Shown in pieces: positions 1-10,054 of a stretch of DNA of 64,000 bases (position 1 is the stretch's first letter; each line of letters starts with the position of its first letter). A model generated the notes under the pieces. That model was not told the origin of the DNA, ran no database searches, and saw only the letters and a program-made list of their open reading frames with translations. Made by a program: the position numbers and the translations under genes. The DNA is taken from contig JBFESZ010000001.1 of NCBI GenBank assembly GCA_041548245.1, positions 32,001 to 96,000 on the forward strand, given 5' to 3'. Origin of the DNA: Sulfurimonadaceae bacterium. Lineage in GTDB: Bacteria > Campylobacterota > Campylobacteria > Campylobacterales > Sulfurimonadaceae.

Positions 1-963
1 TTCAAGCGTATGCGGATTGTGACAATTGATACAGGTAATGCCATGCTTTGCTTTAATCGAATGAACAAACTCATTCCCCTGCGTTCTATTCTTTTTCCCT
101 GAACCGTTTGCGTAAAACTCTTTACTCTCGTGTCCCATTGTAAAAGGTGCCGGCAATTTGTAGTCGCTTAACGGCTTGCCCGCTTCATATCCAAGAGGAT
201 AATCTCTTGCATCCCCGAAGATATCTGCCATCCTTTGCTCTTTTAAACGGATATCCCTGTTCCTCATATGACACTGCAGACAAACCTCATTTTGCCTTAG
301 CGGATCACTCAAAGAGGCTAGATAAACCTTTGAATCAGGATCTTGCACATGTGCTGAAGCCGGTCCATGACACGATTCACAGGCGATACCGGGTTCAATA
401 CGTTTTTGTTGAGACATAAATCCGCTAAAATGGCATCCATCACAGGCTCGTGAAGTCGGAACTCCTCTATTCTCATGAACAAAAGCGTTCTCATACCAAT
501 ATTTCCACGGTTTGAACGTTTGCCATTTTTTCGTCTGAACATTCCACTGGTAATTTCCCAGTATATAATCTTCAGTACCATTGATATCTTTTCTTATCAT
601 ATACCGCTGTTTGAACTTTCCGCCCACGGTATAGACGGCATCCTCAAGTGTAAAATCAGCATCAACAGGAAGTTTTGAGAAGTCAGCAACGACTACAGAG
701 GGGTCCTTCTTGATCTCTTGAATCATCTTTGGATGTCGGGATCCGTGCCAAGCTGCATGTTTTTCCTTATGACATTCAACACACTTGGAAGAACCTACAA
801 AATGGGCCTTCTTCTGATCTCTGTTTTGTAAATCCTTCTTATTCCCTACCCGCTCTTGTGTCAATTGTTCATAAAACGGTAGAATCTTCACTGTATTGAA
901 ATAAGCAAAGTAGACAGCAGCAAATAGTACAACTGCAAAACTCGTGATAAAAACTTTTTTCAT
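1..963 (-). CDS. Membrane-anchored multiheme c-type cytochrome (c554/c552-like); the 3' end runs off the left edge
   Basis: Hand-translated; absent from the ORF track because there is no stop in the window. ATG at 963 with AGGA RBS, MKKVFITSFAVVLFAAVYFAYF anchor, and five CxxCH motifs (CVECH, CDGCH, CESCH, CLQCH, CINCH) in 321 open codons. Confidence 0.9.
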   Translation of the reverse strand, partial: MKKVFITSFAVVLFAAVYFAYFNTVKILPFYEQLTQERVGNKKDLQNRDQKKAHFVGSSKCVECHKEKHAAWHGSRHPKMIQEIKKDPSVVVADFSKLPVDADFTLEDAVYTVGGKFKQRYMIRKDINGTEDYILGNYQWNVQTKKWQTFKPWKYWYENAFVHENRGVPTSRACDGCHFSGFMSQQKRIEPGIACESCHGPASAHVQDPDSKVYLASLSDPLRQNEVCLQCHMRNRDIRLKEQRMADIFGDARDYPLGYEAGKPLSDYKLPAPFTMGHESKEFYANGSGKKNRTQGNEFVHSIKAKHGITCINCHNPHTLE

Positions 964-1123
964 ATCTTTTTCCTGACAAATCAATATCTCTCTTGGCCTA
1001 CATCCAGTTTCACATCATAACATCTCTGTCTTTTTTTTCCAACCATCTTATTTATCAATATCTATTTTTTTCATCTTGTCGCTGTTTTAAAATAATGCTA
1101 CACTATAAAAAAACAAAGGGAGT

Positions 1124-2830
1124 ATGGTGCTCATTGCAATCATCGAAATATTAGCCTCTTTAGGTCTGTTTCTATTTGGTATGCTCTATTTGGAAGAACG
1201 TATCAAAAGTGCTTCCGGCCGTTCTTTCAAAAAGATGCTCAACCATGCAACGCGTACCAATATCCGTTCTCTCTCCCTAGGATTTACAGCCACCGCACTG
1301 TTCCAAAGCTCTTCCGTTGTATCCTTGATGACACTCTCGCTTATCGGGGCCGGTGTATTGAGCCTGCAAAACGGTATTGGAATCATCTTTGGCTCCAATA
1401 TCGGTACGACCGTCACCTCTTGGATCATAGCGCTTATCGGATTCAAGTTTGACATCAAACTACTGGCTTATTCTGTCATCGCCATCGGCGGTATAGGATC
1501 AATTCTTGTCGAAAAAGAGAACCGCTGGAAAAACTATTTTGGTGCAATGGTTGGTTTTGGTCTGATTTTTTTGGGCCTTGAAGGTATGAAAGACAGCTTC
1601 AGCTTTATCTCCAAAGACTTTGATCTAACACAATATCAACAGATCAACCTCTACCTATTTGTCTTCATCGGTGTCATCCTCACTGCTATAATACAGTCTA
1701 GTTCAGCTGCTATTGCCATAGCACAGAGTGCCCTGTTTACCCAACTCATCTCTTTTGAGATAGCTGCTCTTTTCATCATTGGTGCCAATGTCGGTACAAC
1801 CGTGACAATCCTTCTTGGATCTGTCGGTGGTTCACCGGATAAAAAGCGGGCAGCAGCCGTGCACTTTTTGTTCAATATTACCACGGCCATTGTTGCCTTA
1901 ATACTTATTTCTCCGTTGACACAGCTGACTTTTTTAATCATCTCTGTTAACGAGCCCATTATCGCTTTGGCACTTTTTCATACAATCTTTAATGTATTGG
2001 GTGTGCTCTTATGGTTTTTCTGGATCCCTGCTCTGGCCAAATTTTTAAACAAGAGATTCACCAAAGAGCCTTCTGTTCCCACTAAATACATTCATACCGT
2101 CAGTGTGAAAATCCCCGTTGTGGCTCTTGAGAGTCTGGAGCTAGAAATCCGTCATCTCATACAAAAAGTAAGTGATTTTTCTCTTTTAGCCATCAATATT
2201 GCCCCTCCTCAGGCATTAGAAAAACATCATGCCATTGACAAGCTGCTTGATCGTTCCAAAGAACCTTTGGAAGTCTCCTATGTGAAACTGTATACACAGT
2301 TGCAAGAGCTTGAGGGAGAAATCTACAATTACGCTTCCTCTCTCTCCTTGTATATCAGCGAAGAGAAACAGCAAAAACGCCTTTTAAGCCTGACTGATAT
2401 CGCGACCCGGCTTGCGTCGGCTTCCAAGGCCATCAAAGACATGTTGAACGATCTTGAACTTTTAGCTGGTATTGAAATCGCGAATGTACAGCACTTTTAT
2501 CACAATATCCGCTATCAGATCTTAAACAGCGTACTTATCTTCAACGACTTTATCAAGGGTGAAGACAGTGACCTAGGAAAGATGGAAGCGAATTTTTTAA
2601 AGATAGACAACTCATACAAAAGCACTCTGGATAACATCTCATCCATTGCCCAGCAACCGACACTAAGAAACAATGTCACGGCCATTGCAATCAACGACCT
2701 CCATCTTACGCGCCGTTTTACAAAGAACCTTTATCGTGCGCTCCAAGAATATGACAAGCTTAACAAGTCGGAAACTTCTTCTTTGATCGAAGAAAAAGAA
2801 CTCTCAGCCAATACTCCGGAAGAGAACTAA
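1124..2830 (+). CDS. Na+/Pi cotransporter family protein with helical (PhoU-like) C-terminus
   Basis: Duplicated QSSS and G(S/A)N(I/V)GTT motifs, multiple TM segments, AAAGGGAG RBS. Confidence 0.9.
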   Translation: MVLIAIIEILASLGLFLFGMLYLEERIKSASGRSFKKMLNHATRTNIRSLSLGFTATALFQSSSVVSLMTLSLIGAGVLSLQNGIGIIFGSNIGTTVTSWIIALIGFKFDIKLLAYSVIAIGGIGSILVEKENRWKNYFGAMVGFGLIFLGLEGMKDSFSFISKDFDLTQYQQINLYLFVFIGVILTAIIQSSSAAIAIAQSALFTQLISFEIAALFIIGANVGTTVTILLGSVGGSPDKKRAAAVHFLFNITTAIVALILISPLTQLTFLIISVNEPIIALALFHTIFNVLGVLLWFFWIPALAKFLNKRFTKEPSVPTKYIHTVSVKIPVVALESLELEIRHLIQKVSDFSLLAINIAPPQALEKHHAIDKLLDRSKEPLEVSYVKLYTQLQELEGEIYNYASSLSLYISEEKQQKRLLSLTDIATRLASASKAIKDMLNDLELLAGIEIANVQHFYHNIRYQILNSVLIFNDFIKGEDSDLGKMEANFLKIDNSYKSTLDNISSIAQQPTLRNNVTAIAINDLHLTRRFTKNLYRALQEYDKLNKSETSSLIEEKELSANTPEEN

Positions 2831-2886
2831 AAGATTCTATAGCTCTTTTTTCGGACATAATACAGTCTTAATCAAAACACTTCCTG

Positions 2887-3345
2887 CTATTTGATTTCAT
2901 AAGCATCAATAGGTGCTTCAAAGGCGATGAACAAAATACACTCTTCCCCTTTATGGCAATAAGCTTTATGAGGCTTTTTTGCTGGACCATATGCATAGCT
3001 ACCTCGTACGAGAAGATTGTTTTCCTCTTCTTGGTACTGTACATCCATTTTCCCACTGACAAGAACCATACGTTCAGGCGAAGTATGCCAATGAAGTGGT
3101 ATTTTATAATCCCCAGGGACTTTAAAAAACACATCACAGTTGGGTTTTGATGGATCTCCATGAAGCACTGCTATCTTACATGCCTCTCCTAGAAAAGCCG
3201 GACATGCACCCCATTTTAAATTTACATCTTTAGCCAATTTTGACAAAGAGAGTTCATCAGCCTGAGCTGTCAATACCAATAAAGACAAGAAGACCCAGAA
3301 AAACATTTTTCCCAGAACAGAAAAGAGAAAGTTTAGAATCAACAT
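2887..3345 (-). CDS. Exported cupin-domain protein (DUF4437-like)
   Basis: PLHWHT...E cupin motif and later PH. Signal peptide ending AQA-DE. Start moved to ATG 3345, which has an AAAGGA RBS. Confidence 0.7.
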   Translation of the reverse strand: MLILNFLFSVLGKMFFWVFLSLLVLTAQADELSLSKLAKDVNLKWGACPAFLGEACKIAVLHGDPSKPNCDVFFKVPGDYKIPLHWHTSPERMVLVSGKMDVQYQEEENNLLVRGSYAYGPAKKPHKAYCHKGEECILFIAFEAPIDAYEIK

Positions 3346-3512
3346 AAGGAATCCTTTCAATTGAGTTCTATATACTCTAAAAGAATGCCATGAATTCAAT
3401 ATTGTATCAATTAATTTTATATAATAAATTATAATATTAATATTTGATCGCAATCTACAATCCAATCCCTTTTCATATACGGAAAGACAAGAACTCGTGT
3501 TACAATAGTGCT

Positions 3513-4706
3513 ATGCAGACACTATTTTATTTAGGTATTATTTTTCTTTTAGGATCACTTACCCAATGGCTGATGAGCAAGCTTCCTGTTCCAAAAGTCG
3601 TGGGCTACCTTGTCTTAGGCTTGCTCATTGGACCCGAAGTGTTTAATATCATTCCTGAAAGTTTCATTCAAAACAGTCACTTCGTCATAGACATGTCTCT
3701 TTCCCTGATAGCTGTCATGATCGGTGCAACGTTAAAATTTTCGCAGATAAAAAAAGTTGGCAGACAGGTGATATTCATCACCCTTTTCGAGGGGACACTT
3801 GCCTTTATCGTGGTAAGTATAGGATTTTATCTGCTCTCAAGTCATCTCAACCTTTCTACAGAGTATGCCCTCGCCATATCCATACTCTTTGGTGGCCTTG
3901 CCGCTGCTACGGCTCCTGCTGCGACGATTGCTGTCATACATGAGTTAAAAGCCAAAGGAAAGTTCACAACGACACTTTTGGGCGTTGTCGCCTTGGATGA
4001 TGCCATGGCACTGCTCCTGTTTGCCTTGGCCATCACTATCAGCGATAGTATAATTGGTACAGGTGAGTTTCATCTTCTCGCTTTTGTCAATTCATTGACC
4101 GTCATCTCTCTTAGTGTCGTTATTGGCATTATCGGTGCCGTCATCTCAACCTTTATAGACAAACTCTTTTCTCACCATAAAGGGATGGAAACAATTTCAA
4201 CCCTTGGTCTGATATTTATTGTCTACAGCCTGAGTTTGTCATGGGGACTCGAAGCCATCCTTTCATCACTTGTGATGGGACTGTTCATGACCAACATCTC
4301 CGAAGACTTTGAGCTGATAGAAGAGGAGATAGACAATCATCTTGAAGAGATCATCTTTATGCTCTTTTTTATTCTATCGGCAATGCATCTGAAATTTGAG
4401 ATGATCTATACTATGCCTCTGGTACTGCTCACGTACATACTTCTGCGTATGCTCGGAAAAGTATCGGGAGCTTATTTAGGGGCCAAACTCTCGCATGCTG
4501 ATACGAAGACTCAAAAGTATATAGGTCTGGCCCTTTTCCCCCAAGCCGGGTTAGCCATCGGTCTGACACTCTCTTTACAAAATGATGCTGTATTCGCCCC
4601 CTTTGCACCTTTTGTCCTAAGTGTCATTATTTCGACAACGATCATCCATGAGCTCATTGGCCCGCTCCTGACAAGACATGTCCTTAAAAGAACCCATCAG
4701 TACTGA
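3513..4706 (+). CDS. Cation:proton antiporter (Na+/H+ or K+/H+ exchanger family)
   Basis: About 12 TM segments; GLLIGP, ATAPAAT, ALDD and FPQAGLAIG motifs. Start moved to ATG 3513. Confidence 0.9.
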   Translation: MQTLFYLGIIFLLGSLTQWLMSKLPVPKVVGYLVLGLLIGPEVFNIIPESFIQNSHFVIDMSLSLIAVMIGATLKFSQIKKVGRQVIFITLFEGTLAFIVVSIGFYLLSSHLNLSTEYALAISILFGGLAAATAPAATIAVIHELKAKGKFTTTLLGVVALDDAMALLLFALAITISDSIIGTGEFHLLAFVNSLTVISLSVVIGIIGAVISTFIDKLFSHHKGMETISTLGLIFIVYSLSLSWGLEAILSSLVMGLFMTNISEDFELIEEEIDNHLEEIIFMLFFILSAMHLKFEMIYTMPLVLLTYILLRMLGKVSGAYLGAKLSHADTKTQKYIGLALFPQAGLAIGLTLSLQNDAVFAPFAPFVLSVIISTTIIHELIGPLLTRHVLKRTHQY

Positions 4707-4804
4707 TAATAGATGTGTATAAGCGTACCAAATCGAAAAAACATTGCACTCTCTTTTTGATTTGAGCTATAGTTTTTCTGTACTTTTGATAGAATCGTCT
4801 ACAC

Positions 4805-5302
4805 ATGAAAAAAAAGTCTAATCCAATCAAACCAAATAAAAAAATCATCCAAACAAGCTTGGCAATTGTCGCATTTATTTTATTAATCTCGATTATCTTA
4901 TTAGTCAGTTCTTTATTGCCCAAGAAGAAGTCCTCTCTGGACCAACTTGGTTATACTTTTGGCAATAGCAGCATTGAGACACAAAGAAGATTCCAAATAG
5001 AATCACAAGAAGAAAACATCTATAACCTAGGCGAATACAAGGTCAACATCAGCAGTAACAACTATTTGATTCTTAATCTTTCGGTTAAATGCCAGGAAGA
5101 GTCATTCTCACTACTGCAACAGCATAAGATATTAATACAGAACGCTGTCATAGAGACCTTTTCGATGTATGGAGACAATTACTTCCCAGACACACCCAAA
5201 GGTAAGGAAACAATCAAAAGAAAGATAAAAGAAAACATCTCAAAGCATCTTGGCTGTCCGCTGGTTACAGATGTCTATTTCAATAAGTTTTTGATCCGTT
5301 AA
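4805..5302 (+). CDS. Flagellar basal-body-associated FliL family protein
   Basis: Single N-terminal TM, YKVNI..YL.LNL, GKETIKRKI and C-terminal VTDVYFNKFLI, as in FliL. Divergent, standalone paralog. Confidence 0.65.
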   Translation: MKKKSNPIKPNKKIIQTSLAIVAFILLISIILLVSSLLPKKKSSLDQLGYTFGNSSIETQRRFQIESQEENIYNLGEYKVNISSNNYLILNLSVKCQEESFSLLQQHKILIQNAVIETFSMYGDNYFPDTPKGKETIKRKIKENISKHLGCPLVTDVYFNKFLIR

Positions 5303-5404
5303 TGTACTTCATACTATCTTAACTTTTTGTTTCTGATGATATACTTTATACTTATATTGGCGATAACCTAGCATAATTCGCCAACTATTCAAGAGGAAAA
5401 TAAA

Positions 5405-5761
5405 ATGTCAACACAACTTTCAAAGCTTCATGTTCGTTTCATCCAAAGTCAAAAGCAGTTTGCTTTGTTACGAGATGATGATAACAAAGGAGAAAAACTT
5501 CCCATCTCACAACTGTATGTCAAAGATAACAGCACGTTTTACATCATCATTGAAAGCCATACTATAAAAGAAGATGAAAAGGTCACCATACGCTTTGACG
5601 AATCCACACATGCTCTGAACACTCTTGAATGCAGAGTCACAAAACAGGAAATCGAACACGGAAGTGAAGCCTATGAAGACGCCCTTCTCTTTTTTAACAC
5701 AGACCCATCAAAGGTCAAGCAGCTCTTCTCTGTACATGTTGATACACTTGATGAGAAATAG
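5405..5761 (+). CDS. Hypothetical protein, possibly a degenerate pyridoxamine 5'-phosphate oxidase-like split barrel
   Basis: GAGGA RBS. N-terminal LS..H..FI..QK.F and C-terminal KQLF...VD resemble PNPOx-like proteins. Confidence 0.5.
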   Translation: MSTQLSKLHVRFIQSQKQFALLRDDDNKGEKLPISQLYVKDNSTFYIIIESHTIKEDEKVTIRFDESTHALNTLECRVTKQEIEHGSEAYEDALLFFNTDPSKVKQLFSVHVDTLDEK

Positions 5762-5800
5762 AAATAGAATAAGAAACTTTTAATCAGGCAAATCATTTGC

Positions 5801-6925
5801 CTAGGCCTTTTTAAAAAAAGGCTTAGCCATAAAGTAAACAACAAAACCCCACAATATGACACTGCTTATCGTTGAGAGTAAACCGGCATGCTCATCCATA
5901 TGGACTAATGTTTGCGGATTAATCTTGGAGATATTGAATATATAATCCAGTCCCATACCAAAAAGAATACTGCCCACGATGATACTGCCCAGATAAATAT
6001 ACAAAGAGCGAGTTCCCAACATTTTTTTGACCACCCCTATCGTGACCGTATTGGTCGCAGGTCCTGCTGAGAGGAAGACAAAAGCCGCCCCCGCACTTAC
6101 ACCCGAGAGCATCAAAGCTGCCGCTATAGGAAGAGAAGCCGTTGCACAAACATACATCGGAATAGCAATTGCAATGACGATCAGGTAGGAGAGCCATGAG
6201 TACTCTATTAAGATCTCACTTAAATTCTGCGGTATTGCTATCGTTATCAAGGCTCCAATCAGAAGACCCCAGAACAGAGGTTTGGCAATGTCTGAAAGCA
6301 GTGTGACAAAGGCATATTTTAATGCCTTTGTCATTGAGAATCCTTTGTCCCTGTCACTATCACAACATGACGAAGATGAACAACAGCTTGCAGCTTCTTC
6401 CTCTTTACTTTCAGTTGAGAAGTTTGGGGTCGTTGCGAATGAAGCCATTTTTACCGGTGTCTGAGGGGATCCGACTGTTGTAAAAGCAGGTTTTTCCAAC
6501 TCATTTTCACTGCTCTTATCCCATACGTTTGTCAAAATACCTGCCACTGTGGCAATAATCATAGATGTAATGATACGGTACAAGGTAAAAGCCCAACCGA
6601 ACATCCCATAGGTTGCCAGAATGGAATCAACACCTGTTATTGGCGTCGAGATAAGAAAAGAGAGCGTTGCCCCCTTGGAGGCACCGCTTTTTTTAATACT
6701 TGTCGCTAAGGGAATAACACCACATGAACACACGGGAAGGGGTATACCAAAAACCGTCGATTTTACAACGGAGGCGATGCTCTCTTTTCCCAAGTGTTTC
6801 GTAACCAGAGTCTCCGGTACAAGCTCATGCAATAGACCTGCAAACAGAAGACCAAATAGAATGTATGGCGACATAGCATTGCTAAGATCAACGAGTGCAT
6901 CAAAAAACTCCAAAAGATACTCCAT
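5801..6925 (-). CDS. SO_0444-type heavy-metal (Cu/Zn) permease, DUF318/ArsP family
   Basis: PLPVCSCGVIP and PMYVCATAS motifs, GPATN, Cys/Ser-rich central loop SCCSSSSCCDS. Confidence 0.85.
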   Translation of the reverse strand: MEYLLEFFDALVDLSNAMSPYILFGLLFAGLLHELVPETLVTKHLGKESIASVVKSTVFGIPLPVCSCGVIPLATSIKKSGASKGATLSFLISTPITGVDSILATYGMFGWAFTLYRIITSMIIATVAGILTNVWDKSSENELEKPAFTTVGSPQTPVKMASFATTPNFSTESKEEEAASCCSSSSCCDSDRDKGFSMTKALKYAFVTLLSDIAKPLFWGLLIGALITIAIPQNLSEILIEYSWLSYLIVIAIAIPMYVCATASLPIAAALMLSGVSAGAAFVFLSAGPATNTVTIGVVKKMLGTRSLYIYLGSIIVGSILFGMGLDYIFNISKINPQTLVHMDEHAGLLSTISSVILWGFVVYFMAKPFFKKA

Positions 6926-6958
6926 TATACTCCCCTTTATATTCTTTTGTGCGAAAGT

Positions 6959-7387
6959 TTACTCTGCTCCACACTTTCCTGTGCCACATTTTCCGCTTCC
7001 ACACTTCATCTCATGAGCAGGGTTGTCTGTTTCACTCGGAATAAGTTCATGCAGGCCCTCTTCATCTTCATAACTGACAGGTTTGAAACCTTTAAGCTCA
7101 ATTGCCTTCATGATCGTATGTATATCCGTTTGTGTCTTGTCAAACTCGACAACAGCTTTTTGCTCTGGACTTGATGCCTCGATCTTTACCACACCTGGAT
7201 TGCTGGCAACCTTCTCAATAGCGATCTCACACGCTTCACATGTCATTCCACTCATATTGACCGTCTTTTTCACGATATTGGCCTTATCGACAATGACCTC
7301 TTTCGGTTTGCCCTCAAGCAGAAGTAAGACCAGTGCTCCTGCAACAACAAGTAAAGTTCCTATAGTGATAAAAATTTTCTTACCCAT
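6959..7387 (-). CDS. Membrane-anchored HMA (CopZ/MerP-like) metal-binding protein with a C-terminal GKCG-repeat tail
   Basis: N-terminal TM, GMTCEAC metal-binding motif, C-terminus MKCGSGKCGTGKCGAE. Confidence 0.85.
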   Translation of the reverse strand: MGKKIFITIGTLLVVAGALVLLLLEGKPKEVIVDKANIVKKTVNMSGMTCEACEIAIEKVASNPGVVKIEASSPEQKAVVEFDKTQTDIHTIMKAIELKGFKPVSYEDEEGLHELIPSETDNPAHEMKCGSGKCGTGKCGAE

Positions 7388-7454
7388 ATTTTTCTCTTTT
7401 GATAATTTTTAAGAAGTCTACTATAACAAGCCTACTATTTAGATAAAATTCCAT

Positions 7455-8282
7455 ATGCAGAAAACAATATTAATTACAGGCTGTTCGAGTGGAATCGGTT
7501 ACGACACAGCCCACTATTTACATCAAAATGGCTACAGGGTCTTTGCGAGCGCACGTAAACATGAAGATGTCCAACGCTTAAAAGAGGAGGGGCTGGAAGC
7601 CTATCTTCTTGATGTCACCAAACCTGAAACCATCACACTGACACTTGAAGCTGTTTTAAAACAAACAGGGGGAAAACTTTATGCCTTGTTCAACAATGCA
7701 GGATACGGTCAACCCGGAGCCGTAGAAGACATCCCCACAGAGGTGTTAAAAGAGCAGTTTGAGACCAATCTCTTTGGCCTGCATGAGATGACACGGCGAG
7801 TCCTTCCAATTATGAGGACTCAGGGATATGGCCGGATCATTCAGCACTCGTCAGTCCTTGGGCTTATCTCTTTACGCTTCAGAGGGGCATACAACGCCTC
7901 GAAGTATGCCATTGAAGGTTTATGTGACACACTTCGCCTGGAGCTTGATAAAGAAGAGCAAATCCATGTCATAACTATTAACACCGGGCCCGTGCATTCT
8001 CACTTTAGAATCAACGCGACACAAAAATATTATGAACATATACATGGAAACCCTACGGTATTTGAGAATGAGTACAAACAAGAGCTGCTGCCTTATGAAG
8101 GTAAAAAGAAGAGTAACCCATTTACAAAGTCATCTGATGTCGTCATCGCTAACATTGTCAAGGCTTTAGAATCAAAAAAGCCAAGGCCTAGATACTATAA
8201 CACCACGGCAACTCATCTGTTAGGAGCTTTAAAACGCCTACTGCCAACAGCAATCCTGGACAAAATACTACTCAAGGTCTAG
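7455..8282 (+). CDS. Short-chain dehydrogenase/reductase (YbbO-like)
   Basis: TGCSSGIG, NNAG and YNASK catalytic motif. Confidence 0.9.
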   Translation: MQKTILITGCSSGIGYDTAHYLHQNGYRVFASARKHEDVQRLKEEGLEAYLLDVTKPETITLTLEAVLKQTGGKLYALFNNAGYGQPGAVEDIPTEVLKEQFETNLFGLHEMTRRVLPIMRTQGYGRIIQHSSVLGLISLRFRGAYNASKYAIEGLCDTLRLELDKEEQIHVITINTGPVHSHFRINATQKYYEHIHGNPTVFENEYKQELLPYEGKKKSNPFTKSSDVVIANIVKALESKKPRPRYYNTTATHLLGALKRLLPTAILDKILLKV

Positions 8283-8677
8283 GCCCTCAGGGCAATCGCA
8301 TAGCGATTTGCCTGAGAGATATGTCTGATCTTTCGTAGTTCTTCTTCACTTAATGAAAAGCTCTTGACCTGCTGTATCATCCCTAATATATGATCATAAG
8401 AGCCAAACTGTATCACTTCTTCTAGCAATGCTTTGTGCGCGATAAACGCATAAATCTTCTGCATGATTTCATTACCGAAACCGTGATGAAGATTATGAAG
8501 GCAAAGCGTTGCTTTTTCACTCTCTTGGTTAAAAACCTTCTGTGCTTTTTCTAGAGCGATCTCCTGGCTCAGTCCCCTTGCCTGAAGCAGTTCAGATATC
8601 TTCTCCAGCGCAAAATTGGATGCGAATCGAACATAGGTTGTTGAGTTGTTAAAGAATAGAAGTTCATCATAGATCAT
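8279..8677 (-). CDS. Hypothetical protein
   Basis: 132-aa ORF with AAAGG RBS, filling the gap between SDR and truD. Confidence 0.7.
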   Translation of the reverse strand: MIYDELLFFNNSTTYVRFASNFALEKISELLQARGLSQEIALEKAQKVFNQESEKATLCLHNLHHGFGNEIMQKIYAFIAHKALLEEVIQFGSYDHILGMIQQVKSFSLSEEELRKIRHISQANRYAIALRA

Positions 8678-8867
8678 ACTCAGCCTTTGAAAAAAATGTG
8701 TTGCCTAAAATGACATACAACCATCTTTAATTGGATTGGACTGATGCATTGTAAGAAGCCGCTGTGTCTAAATTGTGTGAACCATCATAATTGATGTAGA
8801 TCTGTTCAAATGAATGATGTCACAGCTACTCTAATCTTTGTTTAACTATTAGATCAGCCTATGGCTG

Positions 8868-9947
8868 TCACTGAGGGCTTAGGTCTCTGTTGGCAAGGTT
8901 TTCTAACAATACTGTCGCGTATGAGCCTTTAGGCAGAGTAAAACTCAATTCAAAACACTTCTGCTCTTTGTGATATTCATGTCGAATGGACTTAGGATAG
9001 ACAACAGCCTCTCTTCGTGTACCTACAGCGTCCACGCCCAGATCATCAAAATCATGTTCTATCTCGCCCGCCATCATTTTTGCGCGCCACGCTTTGGAAC
9101 CAGGAAGCAATCCCGTTGGTACCATTTTTTGCTCTCTGTAGGGTTTACGGATGGCTTGTAGATCAGTCACATTTATCCATTTTTTACTTTTATATTCATA
9201 CATGATATCCCCGGGTAAGACAGAAAAGATACCTGATTGATTTTTTAATATCTCGCACTCTACTTGGGATATGTTCATCTTAACAAGTAGCTCTTCACAA
9301 TCCTTTGTTTTGATATCAGATGATATCTCTATACGTTTTGCCAGCCAATCATTAAAAAGGTAGGATTGATACGCATGAAGCATGATCTTATTGACCTTGC
9401 TGTCTTTCATCATCAATTCACCTTGTGCGACATCCCTTGCTTTTTCAAAGTTTGCACTGTCACGGCCAAAACGCTGATATCCAAAATAGTTCGGCATCCC
9501 GTTGCGCATAATATCATCCAGCACTTCCTTCAATTCACGTGCAGACTCTACAGAGACATCATGCAGACGAATAAAGAAGTTGTTGCCTTTCAAATCTCCA
9601 ATGGAGAGCTTCTCTTTTGCTCGAAAACTTTCTACTATCCTGATCCTTGGATGCCGGAACTTCTCAAAACTTTTTGAAAACTTTAGTGGCAAAGAGATAT
9701 ATTGTGTCGTCGTCGCATGTTTATCCTTAAGCCCGGCATATCCAATGTTAAAACACTGAAGTTCTGCCTCAAGAATATCAAGCATTTCCATGGTTGAAAG
9801 ATCTTCTTTTTGTACCTTGGCGATATAATAGTTCCCCTTGTCACTAGGTTTATCAAAAAGGGGAATCTCTGTCACAATAAAATCATCTTTAGTCTGTCTG
9901 AATTTAAATTTAATCGGTTTATGGTTCTGAGGGAAAATACGTTTCAT
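8868..9947 (-). CDS. truD: tRNA pseudouridine(13) synthase
   Basis: DFIVTE, YAGLKDKHATTTQ, GNNF, PNYFGYQRFG and FTLPKGSYAT motifs. Confidence 0.95.
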   Translation of the reverse strand: MKRIFPQNHKPIKFKFRQTKDDFIVTEIPLFDKPSDKGNYYIAKVQKEDLSTMEMLDILEAELQCFNIGYAGLKDKHATTTQYISLPLKFSKSFEKFRHPRIRIVESFRAKEKLSIGDLKGNNFFIRLHDVSVESARELKEVLDDIMRNGMPNYFGYQRFGRDSANFEKARDVAQGELMMKDSKVNKIMLHAYQSYLFNDWLAKRIEISSDIKTKDCEELLVKMNISQVECEILKNQSGIFSVLPGDIMYEYKSKKWINVTDLQAIRKPYREQKMVPTGLLPGSKAWRAKMMAGEIEHDFDDLGVDAVGTRREAVVYPKSIRHEYHKEQKCFELSFTLPKGSYATVLLENLANRDLSPQ

Positions 9948-10054
9948 TTATAATCTTTAGTGTGGGCATTATTTAACTGATACAATTATAGCCAATACTA
10001 CTTTTAAGGTACTGTGAAACACCACATCAAAAAAGATTCACTGACCAATACAAG

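Noticed and set aside
147-678. ORF-track ORFs 147-419, 318-581 and 475-678
   Set aside because: Shadow frames of the minus-strand multiheme cytochrome gene.
8791-8804. FNR-like TTGAT-gtag-ATCTG upstream of the hypothetical gene 8279-8677
   Set aside because: Only 8/10 match in AT-rich DNA with no supporting context.
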